Below, one piece after another: positions 38,144 to 45,683 of a stretch of 45,683 nt of DNA (within the stretch, counting starts at the first letter, position 1; each line of letters starts with the position of its first letter). The translations under genes were made by a program, and so were the position numbers. The notes below the pieces were generated by a model that searched no databases, was not told the origin of the DNA, and was given only the letters and a program-made list of their open reading frames with translations. This stretch comes from Spirochaetia bacterium (lineage in GTDB: Bacteria > Spirochaetota > Spirochaetia > DSM-27196 > Salinispiraceae): contig JBBRCZ010000017.1 in NCBI GenBank assembly GCA_038204425.1, forward strand, positions 1 through 45,683, given 5' to 3'.

Positions 38144-38947
38144 TCAAACCAGAGAGATTACATTCAAAACAGGGTGCACTAAGTTTGAAGCGTTGATAGC
38201 CAAAGAAAGCCAGGCTTCTCCACTTCGTTTGCGTCCCGTCAAGAGCGATACATCAAGTGTGCGGATACTATAGCTCTTGCCCAGATGCGAGCAAAAGTCA
38301 GGACTGGCGTTAGCTTCTAAGCTGTGACTAGCTATGCTCTGTCCCCAGGCTTTTACCAAGGCCTCTTTTCTTGTCCACATACGCATAAACGCAGAGCACC
38401 ACTCTTTTTGTTGGAGCTCATTGAATGCACCTTTGTCACTGAGCATCTCTTGTTCGTCTGGTGCAAAGAACTGTTTTACAACTTCCTTCTTCTTAAGGTT
38501 GTCTCTTTCCAAGTCGGCTTGGGACCGTTCAGGTACTAATTCGATATCTACGCCAATCTCGCTGGCCGCAAAGGCAAGAGCAGCATGCTTGCCATGGTGA
38601 CTCATGTTAAAAAAAACGCCCTGATTTTCCTCGAGGTAGGGTTTACCGTGCGGATTGCACTGTAAGGCAAATGCACCATCTTGATGAACATACCAGGCCA
38701 AGGCATGTCCCAGCGCCATGCGACCAGCTATAAATGCAGCTTTGTCGGCCAAGCGTAGTGCGCTTGCTATGCGTAGATCATCTTCCATGCCAAAGGCTAA
38801 GGGAAATCCTGAATCTGCGCGAATCTGCGATGCAGGCTTGCCTTCGCTCAGTTGTTTAAGAACTCGGTCTTGGACTAGCGAAAGATCATAGACCCACAGA
38901 TGAACTATGCCCTTCTTTAACTCTTCAATCTTAGTATCTGAGCTCAT
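38144..38947 (-). CDS. Sfp-type 4'-phosphopantetheinyl transferase
   Basis: HGKP, FNMSH, IGVDIE, WTRKEALVKA; start 38947 or 38962. Confidence 0.92.
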   Translation of the reverse strand: MSSDTKIEELKKGIVHLWVYDLSLVQDRVLKQLSEGKPASQIRADSGFPLAFGMEDDLRIASALRLADKAAFIAGRMALGHALAWYVHQDGAFALQCNPHGKPYLEENQGVFFNMSHHGKHAALAFAASEIGVDIELVPERSQADLERDNLKKKEVVKQFFAPDEQEMLSDKGAFNELQQKEWCSAFMRMWTRKEALVKAWGQSIASHSLEANASPDFCSHLGKSYSIRTLDVSLLTGRKRSGEAWLSLAINASNLVHPVLNVISLV

Positions 38948-39031
38948 AGCATGTGACTCCAATCCGATATTTGATTTTATAACCGAAATAGGCTATTGTA
39001 TGCAAATTAAAAGCAAGGAGCTATTACATTC

Positions 39032-40288
39032 ATGAGTCTCAATGAACGACGTGTTGTTATTACAGGCATGGGTGCCATTACCCCTATTGGCCTAGGTGTC
39101 AATAATTTTTGGGATGCTCTGGAGCAGGGTAAGTCTGGCGGTCGTAAACTTAAGAACGTTGACATGGGCGACTACCATGTGCAAATTGGCGCAGAAATTG
39201 ACTTACCAGAAAACTACAAAGACTACTTTATTCACAAAAAGATGGCAAAGCGACTTGACCGTTATGTTATACATAGTGCCATTGCCGGTTCGCAGGCCAT
39301 TGCCGACGCGGGGCTTGACATAGAAGCCAGTCCTGAACGCTATGGCTCGCTAATCGCTACCGGTGACGGTGGCCTTGACACCAACTACGAACAAATAACC
39401 CGCATGGCTACTAAGGGTCCCAATACCATTAGTCCGTTCTTTATCACCAGCACCATACCCAGCACTGCCGCAGCATTCTTGAGTCTAGAACACAATTTAC
39501 AGGGTGTCAGCTTTGGTGTTAGTAGCGCTTGCGCCTCGGCCAACCACGCCTTGGGTCTTGCAGTAATGTTTATAAAAATGGGCATGGCTGACGCTATTTT
39601 TGCAGGAGGTGCTGAAGCTGTCTGTAACCCTCCAAGCTTGGCGGCCTTTGGCAATATTGGTGCTCTTTCTACTCGCAACGACGATCCATTAACGGCTTCC
39701 CGACCCTTTGATCGCGACAGGGACGGCTTCGTAATGGGTGAAGGCGCTGGCATCTTGTGCCTCGAAGATTTCGAGCACGCTAAAAAACGTGGTGCTAAAA
39801 TTTACGCCGAGGTGAGTGGTTTTGGCTTTACGTCTGACGCACATGACCTAGTTGCCCCTCATCCAGAAGGCAAGGGAGCGGCTCGTGCAATTGTGGAATC
39901 ACTTAATTTGGCAAAGCTCAATGCCGCTGACATTGGTCTCATCAACTGTCATGGTACTTCGACACCGGCTGGCGACTATGGCGAATGTTTGGCGATTAAT
40001 CTAGCCTTTGGTAGTGACCTTGCCTCAACTATTCCGGTCCAATCAACCAAGTCGATGACAGGCCATTTAATTGGTGCTACCAGTGCTGTAGAAGCTATTG
40101 CGTCCATCATGACGTTTGAACGCGGCATCATACACAAAACCATCAACCAGTTTAACCAAGATCCCACCATCAACTTCAATGTAGCTAAAGAAAACCTTGA
40201 TGGCAAAAAAGTAGACCACGTCTTGTCAAACGCCTTTGGTTTTGGCGGCCACAACGCCTGCGTTATCCTATCAAGGTTTAAGGGCTAA
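39032..40288 (+). CDS. fabF: 3-oxoacyl-ACP synthase II
   Basis: RRVVITGMG, SSACAS (Cys intact), SRPFDRDRDGFVMGEG, HGTST, KSMTGH, NAFGFGGHN. Confidence 0.95.
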   Translation: MSLNERRVVITGMGAITPIGLGVNNFWDALEQGKSGGRKLKNVDMGDYHVQIGAEIDLPENYKDYFIHKKMAKRLDRYVIHSAIAGSQAIADAGLDIEASPERYGSLIATGDGGLDTNYEQITRMATKGPNTISPFFITSTIPSTAAAFLSLEHNLQGVSFGVSSACASANHALGLAVMFIKMGMADAIFAGGAEAVCNPPSLAAFGNIGALSTRNDDPLTASRPFDRDRDGFVMGEGAGILCLEDFEHAKKRGAKIYAEVSGFGFTSDAHDLVAPHPEGKGAARAIVESLNLAKLNAADIGLINCHGTSTPAGDYGECLAINLAFGSDLASTIPVQSTKSMTGHLIGATSAVEAIASIMTFERGIIHKTINQFNQDPTINFNVAKENLDGKKVDHVLSNAFGFGGHNACVILSRFKG

Positions 40289-40348
40289 ACTCGCCAAATC
40301 AGTCCAGCAAATAATATGGTTGCAATATTATTGCAGCACTATTGTAGC

Positions 40349-40384
40349 AGCTTTCTTGCAGAACTTTAATTCTGCAAGAAAGCT
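40349..40384. terminator. Perfect 15-bp inverted repeat between convergent fabF and fabZ-like genes (likely bidirectional terminator)
   Basis: AGCTTTCTTGCAGAA-ctttaa-TTCTGCAAGAAAGCT. Confidence 0.8.
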
Positions 40385-40396
40385 TTAGCCCACCTC

Positions 40397-40933
40397 TTAG
40401 TCTATAATCATTACTTCACCGCAGGTTACTACCGCAACTTTGCCCCTTACGATGGCTTGACCAATTACGGTTGCAAAATAGCCATCAAAAGACAGCCTCT
40501 TGGCAAGCAAAACGACTTCGTCCCCGGGCAGGATTGGTTCGATAAACAAAGCACCCATTATCCTTGTGGCACGCAGCTGAATTGGCTTTGCATCGTCAGC
40601 AATGTCGTTCCTATTGTTGGCAACAAAATAGTACATGCACAATCCAAGCTGACCTATCGATTCGACAGTAAAGTTGCCAGGATAGACGGCAAAATCTGGA
40701 AAATGTCCAAGAAAGACGGGGTCATCCTTGGCAATTAAGCGACGACCCGCCATTAGACCTTCGTTTGGATCATAAGTGTCAAGCTTATCAACGTAGAGTA
40801 GTGGTGAGCGATGGGGTATAATTTTTTTTATGTCTGCCTCGCCATAGTTTAAAGTAACTGGGAGTTGATCCTTGTCAAAAAGTGGTTTTTTTCGAAAGCT
40901 TTTGAGCAAAGCTTCAGTACTTGCTGCGTCCAT
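40397..40933 (-). CDS. fabZ: FabZ/FabA-family 3-hydroxyacyl-ACP dehydratase
   Basis: IPHRSPLLYVD, FLGHFP..VYPG..VESIGQ, PILPGD; RBS AGGAGG. Confidence 0.85.
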   Translation of the reverse strand: MDAASTEALLKSFRKKPLFDKDQLPVTLNYGEADIKKIIPHRSPLLYVDKLDTYDPNEGLMAGRRLIAKDDPVFLGHFPDFAVYPGNFTVESIGQLGLCMYYFVANNRNDIADDAKPIQLRATRIMGALFIEPILPGDEVVLLAKRLSFDGYFATVIGQAIVRGKVAVVTCGEVMIID

Positions 40934-40971
40934 TCCAATTCCTCCTTGGTGAACTTAAATACAATTTGCGT

Positions 40972-41000
40972 AAAAAAAGCCGCCCCAAGTGGACGGCTTC
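40972..41000 (-). terminator. Rho-independent terminator after the PLP-enzyme gene
   Basis: Minus strand GAAGCCGTCC-ACTT-GGGGCGGCTT followed by a T run. Confidence 0.7.
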
Positions 41001-41029
41001 GTTACGATAAAAAATCTTTTTATGGAGCC

Positions 41030-42325
41030 TCAGGGTTTGATCGACAACGTATCTACTCCAGCCTTCTTGAGGCCTTTAGCTATAACATTTTCTATAATAT
41101 CCAAAGCGTTGTCCATGTCCTCTTTTGAAATCTGGCTCGACATCGAAATACGATAGCGACGGGCATGCGACGGTACGGCAGGATAATCAACTGGTTGTAA
41201 GAAAAGTCCAGCCATTTGCATTTCACCGGCAAAGCGAAAAAGAAGCTCGCCAGAGCTGCCAATGATGATAGGAATTACTTGGCTCTCAGTGTGCCCAAGG
41301 TTGAGTCCCATTCCTTGCAGTCTTTGCTTAAAGTACTTGGTGTTTTCCCACAATTTGTCACGCAAACTAGAATCGCGGGTCGCAACTTCAAGTGCTTTGA
41401 TCAGGCCAGCTATAATAATTGGACTTGGTGCGCACGAGAAGTTCCAGCTAGAAGCGTAACCTCGCATGTAGCGCACCAAACTCGCATTGGCGCAAATAAA
41501 GCCCCCTACTGCGCCAAAGCTCTTAGACAGGGTACCGTAGGAGATGCCAATCTTGTCTTCCAGGCCAAAATGTTCCGCCACACCTCGACCACCGGGGCCA
41601 AACATCAGGCTAGAATGTGCTTCGTCAATATAGATCGGCGCACCAAACTTCTCACAAATCTCAACAACCTCAGGAAGTTTGACCAGGTCACCGTCCATCG
41701 AGTATACGCCTTCAACAATCACTAGGCAGCGCTTGCCCTTGTAGAGTTCTAACTTGGCAGCCAAGTCGTCCATGTCGTTATGAGCAAACATTACCAGCTT
41801 AGCTCCCGACAGCGTTACACCATCGATAATCGACTTGTGGCCTTTTTCGTCAAGGATAACCACATCGCCCTTACGCATCATGCCTTGTATAGCTCCAACG
41901 TTTCCACCGTAGCCGGAAGAAAAGAGCAAGCAGTCGTCTTTTTGTTTAAATTCTGCAAGTTGTTTGGCAAACTTAACATGTAGGTCAGTTGTGCCAGAAA
42001 CCAGCGGAGCACCTGAGGCAGAAAGCCCGTATTTATCAATACTATCTTTTACAGCTTGCAAAACTTCGGGGTGAGTTGCCAAGCCTAGGTAATTGTAGCT
42101 AGTGAGATTTATCACACGCCGACGCTGACCATCGAGAGTAGAAAGGATTTCGGTGTTAGATTTTGGAGCAGCCAAAAATTGTTGAAAAAAGAAGCCAAAC
42201 GCTTGTTTGACTGCTGGATCGTTCATCCAATCTTCAAAATCTTGTGGTGGCAGCAAAACATCCTTGCTATCGTTGTAATGAAAATCAGCAAGACTAAAAT
42301 TGGTGGCGTTGGAAAGTTGTGCCAT
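41030..42325 (-). CDS. PLP-dependent alpha-oxoamine synthase (serine palmitoyltransferase / BioF / KBL family)
   Basis: SYNYLGL, FSSGY, HKSIIDG, FAHND, EGVYSMDGD, DEAHS, GTLSKSFG (PLP Lys), YPAVP. Confidence 0.9.
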   Translation of the reverse strand: MAQLSNATNFSLADFHYNDSKDVLLPPQDFEDWMNDPAVKQAFGFFFQQFLAAPKSNTEILSTLDGQRRRVINLTSYNYLGLATHPEVLQAVKDSIDKYGLSASGAPLVSGTTDLHVKFAKQLAEFKQKDDCLLFSSGYGGNVGAIQGMMRKGDVVILDEKGHKSIIDGVTLSGAKLVMFAHNDMDDLAAKLELYKGKRCLVIVEGVYSMDGDLVKLPEVVEICEKFGAPIYIDEAHSSLMFGPGGRGVAEHFGLEDKIGISYGTLSKSFGAVGGFICANASLVRYMRGYASSWNFSCAPSPIIIAGLIKALEVATRDSSLRDKLWENTKYFKQRLQGMGLNLGHTESQVIPIIIGSSGELLFRFAGEMQMAGLFLQPVDYPAVPSHARRYRISMSSQISKEDMDNALDIIENVIAKGLKKAGVDTLSIKP

Positions 42326-42350
42326 GAGTTGTATCCTCTATAGAAAAGGG

Positions 42351-42394
42351 AAAAAATAAAACCGGCACCGTTGCTCTCCAGCTCTACGGTGCCG
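42351..42394 (-). terminator. Hairpin + U tract between the ACP and PLP-enzyme genes (internal terminator/stabiliser)
   Basis: CGGCACCGT (42363-42371) / ACGGTGCCG (42386-42394), followed on the minus strand by GTTTTATTTTTT. Confidence 0.65.
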
Positions 42395-42404
42395 CTTTGT
42401 TTAC

Positions 42405-42653
42405 TTACTTGCTGGCGACGTGTTCAATGAACTTGTCGGCGAGCTGATCAATGGTACCGATGTCGGCAAGTTCTGATCGTGGAATACGAATGTCAAGATC
42501 GCGCATAGAACAGGAAACTACTTCAATAATGTCTAGGCTGTTGGCACCGTAGTCCTTCATGCCCTTGGAAGGATCGATGTCCCCCACTTCAACGTCATCA
42601 AGGTTATCCACAATGTTTTTCTTGATTACGTCAATTACTTCTTGTTTGGTCAT
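42405..42653 (-). CDS. Acyl carrier protein, AcpK-like (beta-branching donor type)
   Basis: GANSLD phosphopantetheine site; LDIRIPRSEL..IGTIDQLA resembles B. subtilis AcpK (LKIPRIEL..KNIGELA). Confidence 0.88.
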   Translation of the reverse strand: MTKQEVIDVIKKNIVDNLDDVEVGDIDPSKGMKDYGANSLDIIEVVSCSMRDLDIRIPRSELADIGTIDQLADKFIEHVASK

Positions 42654-42703
42654 TGACCATCTCCTTAGAATAAAATCCCGACTGTAAAATAGCGGGTAAA
42701 TAA

Positions 42704-43534
42704 TCAGGTAGCTTGAATGCCCGCCTGTTGCTGAGCCTTCCAGCTCATATAGCGCATCATACTATTATCCAGAAACGGAAGGCCAAAGTCAACATTGATA
42801 ACCTGTCCATTGATCGCATCCATCAAACCTGAGCACAATGCAAAGACAGATTTACCACAATCGTCTGGTTTGAGAATCATGTCTTCGCTCGCTAAACCTT
42901 CTTTGACCAGAAAATCAAAAAATTCATCGCCAAAAATGGCGGTAAAGCTTTCGGTTTTTACGGTGCCAAAACGCATTACATTGACTCTGCTACCCTCTTT
43001 AAACAAATGAACCGAAAGGTAACGACCAAAGAATTCAAGCAGCGCCTTACTGGCGGCAACAAAGTCGTAACCAGTGTAGTAGTGATCTGGGCCATCGGAA
43101 GAGATACCGACCACTTTTTCTGGATAGGTGCCAAACTTCTTCTTGATTGCTTTGGTGTACTCGATCATAGGCCAGGTAGAATACTCCAATGTCTTAAACA
43201 ACGAGCGTTTTTTGTAGTCATCGAGTGTTTTCATAGTGGCTGCGTAGCCAACATTGCTTATAAATATGTCAATTTTGCGGCCAGTGGCTGCCACCGCGTC
43301 CATAACTTTGGCAGTATCTTCGTCAACCGAAACATCAGCTTGAACCAAAAGCGGCTCAGGCGCGCCGATATCAGTAAACTCTTTCTTGAGGGCGTCCATG
43401 TCGGCGCTACCCCATTTGTAGGTCAAGACAGTCAAAGCACCAGCTTTGGCGAACATCTTGGCCGAGGCAAGTCCAATGCCCTTGGTTCCTCCAGTAATCA
43501 ATACCGTTTTTTGGCTAAAATCTAGCGTAATCAT
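42704..43534 (-). CDS. SDR, enoyl-ACP reductase-like (FabL/FabI type)
   Basis: TGGTKGIG; YDFVAASK (Y-x6-K of enoyl reductases); NGQVINVD. Confidence 0.75.
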   Translation of the reverse strand: MITLDFSQKTVLITGGTKGIGLASAKMFAKAGALTVLTYKWGSADMDALKKEFTDIGAPEPLLVQADVSVDEDTAKVMDAVAATGRKIDIFISNVGYAATMKTLDDYKKRSLFKTLEYSTWPMIEYTKAIKKKFGTYPEKVVGISSDGPDHYYTGYDFVAASKALLEFFGRYLSVHLFKEGSRVNVMRFGTVKTESFTAIFGDEFFDFLVKEGLASEDMILKPDDCGKSVFALCSGLMDAINGQVINVDFGLPFLDNSMMRYMSWKAQQQAGIQAT

Positions 43535-43555
43535 TTGCTACTCCTATTGGCTCTA

Positions 43556-44308
43556 CTAGCGGCCAGCGTAAACATCATCAATTATGGCTCTGGTCTCCGG
43601 ATAGCCAAAACTTATATGGTGCATCATATCTTCTTGTAAGCGCGCATCGATCAAGAGTTTCTTCTTGGGTGCCGAAAGTGCATACTTGAGCAGGTAAACC
43701 GACTTGTGGTTCTTCTCAGCTATCTGGTTGGCAATGTCGCGAGCTTTGGCCATAACTTCCGCCTTGGGCAGAATGTAGTTGACTGCCGTGCCTTTTGATG
43801 CCAGTTCCTTGCCCCTAAAGCGCCTGCCGGTATACATCATCTCATTGGCAATATAGCTTCCAACCATGGACTGCAAAAGTGTGGTCGTGCCCATGCCAGG
43901 TGTAAAACCCATATTCATAAAAACAGCGCCATAACGGCTTTCGTTAGCCATAATGACGATGTCTGAACATAGGCCAATCACCAAGCCGCCGCCCATGGCA
44001 TGTCCTTCCATTGCACTAATTATTGGAAATCGAGCATTGATCAGGCGTTCCGATATCACAAGGTCGCGGACAACTAACTTGCCCAGGGCAAGCTCCATCA
44101 AACTCTCTTTGTCAGCGCCGCCCGAGAACGTTTCTGATAGTCCGGCGATGATACATACCGTGGGTTGGGCCTCTTCGATCTTGTCCAAAACCTTGAGAAA
44201 GGCATCAACAAAGGCGTGACTAAAGACGTTGTTGCGCTCAACATCTTGCATGGTGAGTGTTGCGACACGTTTAGCGTCTATTACGTAATCAATTATTGGT
44301 TTATTCAT
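43556..44308 (-). CDS. pksI: Crotonase-family ECH2 decarboxylase, PksI-like
   Basis: GHAMGGG, ESRYGAVFMNMGFTPGMG, MMYTG..FRGKEL, MHHISF. Confidence 0.85.
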   Translation of the reverse strand: MNKPIIDYVIDAKRVATLTMQDVERNNVFSHAFVDAFLKVLDKIEEAQPTVCIIAGLSETFSGGADKESLMELALGKLVVRDLVISERLINARFPIISAMEGHAMGGGLVIGLCSDIVIMANESRYGAVFMNMGFTPGMGTTTLLQSMVGSYIANEMMYTGRRFRGKELASKGTAVNYILPKAEVMAKARDIANQIAEKNHKSVYLLKYALSAPKKKLLIDARLQEDMMHHISFGYPETRAIIDDVYAGR

Positions 44309-45143
44309 CTAGTGGCTCCCCACAAAAAAGTGCTTCTTTAGTTTTAAGCTTAGCAAACCACGAGGGGCTATTGCCTTCAAAAAACGCTTGCAAAGCTGAT
44401 GTAAGCTGCGGTCGCTTCATCAGGCTTAGTAACTCGTTCTGAGCCAGCGTCAGTTTTTCTTGATCAGAAGCTTGATATAGCTTTAGTGAAAAGACTTTGC
44501 TGCGTTCCAAGGCGCCTGGTTCTGCGCGCAGCAAATTTCGCAGTAGCTTTTTGAGACCGCTTTCTGCTTCGGCCGGAGCGTAGACTTCGTCTGCCAGCCC
44601 GCAGCCCAGCAGTTCCTGACCTTCGACAAGTTTTGCACTCATTATCAAGTAGCGCGCCTTTTGCAGACTCATACGCCTGCCAATCAAAAAGGGCATTACG
44701 TTGGCAGGAATCAAGCCAAAAAGCACTTCTGACAACTCAAAGCTGGTTCGGTCGGTGGCAACAATCATGTCGCAGGCAGCAGCCAGACCCACGCCACCGG
44801 CCTTAACCGGTCCAGCAATGGCTGCCACAATTGGCTTGGAGCAGCTGCTTATCCGAGTTAGTAGCTCACCGTAGGCGATCACTGAATCCTGGCGAGCATC
44901 CTGGTCATTGTCACCAAGACTTGTACCAAGCCGGTCTAGATCCATACCCAAACACCAGCTTTTACCCCAGGCGCCTGCACGTAAGACGATTACTCGTACT
45001 TCTTCGTCCTGCAAGGCGGTTTCTAAGGCTTGGCGTAGGGCATCAAGTCGTTCGGCATTGAGTCGATTCCCCGCCTGGTCGGCCATGGTGATCAAACCAA
45101 GACCTTCCAAACTGCGATAGTCGAGATTGAGAGCGTCCTTCAT
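44301..45143 (-). CDS. pksH: Crotonase-family ECH1 dehydratase, PksH-like
   Basis: CLGMD, GPVKAGGVG, FELSEVLFGLIPA.VMPFL.RR..QKARYL. Confidence 0.83.
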   Translation of the reverse strand: MKDALNLDYRSLEGLGLITMADQAGNRLNAERLDALRQALETALQDEEVRVIVLRAGAWGKSWCLGMDLDRLGTSLGDNDQDARQDSVIAYGELLTRISSCSKPIVAAIAGPVKAGGVGLAAACDMIVATDRTSFELSEVLFGLIPANVMPFLIGRRMSLQKARYLIMSAKLVEGQELLGCGLADEVYAPAEAESGLKKLLRNLLRAEPGALERSKVFSLKLYQASDQEKLTLAQNELLSLMKRPQLTSALQAFFEGNSPSWFAKLKTKEALFCGEPLDE

Positions 45144-45683
45144 TAGGCTCGCTCGTAATTGCGATAATAGTCTTTGACATCCTTGAGAACCAGCAAACCA
45201 CTACCCTTGTAATGCTTGTCGTACCAGTTATCCAAAATGCTAAAGTCAGGAACCCAGTCACCGTTTTCGATGTTCTTGTCGCGCAATTTTTCTACAGCTT
45301 CATATTCGGCAACGGTCACCTTACGGCGTGCGTCAAGGTGTTCGTCAATCTTCATGGCTTTAACAACATCAAAGGCACCCTTGCAAATCGTAGCTGAGTA
45401 AAACTCACCTATTGCACCGGAGCCGTAGGCAAAAAAGCCCAGTCTATCGCCTTCTTTGAGGCTAGGGTCGCCGATAATAACCGAAGCAAGCCCAGCAAAA
45501 TTGGAACCCGCGTAGCACGAACCTACACGACGAGCATAACGCAGGGCTGGAAAAACTCGTTTGTCAAAGTCGTCTTGCAATTCGGGCTTCTTCTTGGGCG
45601 CAAAGTTGCGCGTCAAGGTGCGGTGGGCCTGAAAGGTGATACCAGCGAATGGCGTGTGATAAATGATGTACTTAAAATACTTG
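45143..45683 (-). CDS. pksG: HMG-CoA synthase-like beta-branching enzyme, PksG-like (5'-truncated by the window edge)
   Basis: Frame open to the edge: KYFKYIIYHTPFAGITFQAHR, VGSCY, FAYGSGAIGEFYS, YYRNY. Confidence 0.85.
   Translation of the reverse strand, partial: KYFKYIIYHTPFAGITFQAHRTLTRNFAPKKKPELQDDFDKRVFPALRYARRVGSCYAGSNFAGLASVIIGDPSLKEGDRLGFFAYGSGAIGEFYSATICKGAFDVVKAMKIDEHLDARRKVTVAEYEAVEKLRDKNIENGDWVPDFSILDNWYDKHYKGSGLLVLKDVKDYYRNYERA

Overview
45.7-kb chromosomal window, most likely from a spirochaete (the GroEL N-terminus and the GWTF-type GspG resemble Spirochaetota proteins; this is inference). Left to right: (1) a minus-strand type II secretion / pseudopilus operon (A24 prepilin peptidase fused to a secretin, then gspE-F-G-I-J-K-L-M-like genes) followed by secreted proteins; (2) housekeeping and accessory genes: clpP, era, rpiA, a HEXXH/beta-propeller/beta-barrel protein, a eukaryote-type chorismate mutase, a RAYT-like HUH/Y1 transposase, a short-chain CHR pair, groEL, an IMPase, rseC-rnfBCDGEA, an SDR, DAHP synthase, a Dus, and a GGDEF-EAL protein; (3) a fatty-acid/polyketide cluster running off the right edge: PPTase, FabF, FabZ, a PLP alpha-oxoamine synthase, an AcpK-like ACP, a FabL-like reductase and a PksG/PksH/PksI beta-branching cassette. 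The strongest unexplained signal is a non-palindromic 12-mer, GGGGACAGAGCT, present at least 17 times exactly on both strands. Twelve copies lie inside intact genes, read in all six frames. Copies concentrate around and flank the RAYT-like gene and repeatedly sit at short tandem duplications. All protein calls come from visual motif recognition; no searches were run.
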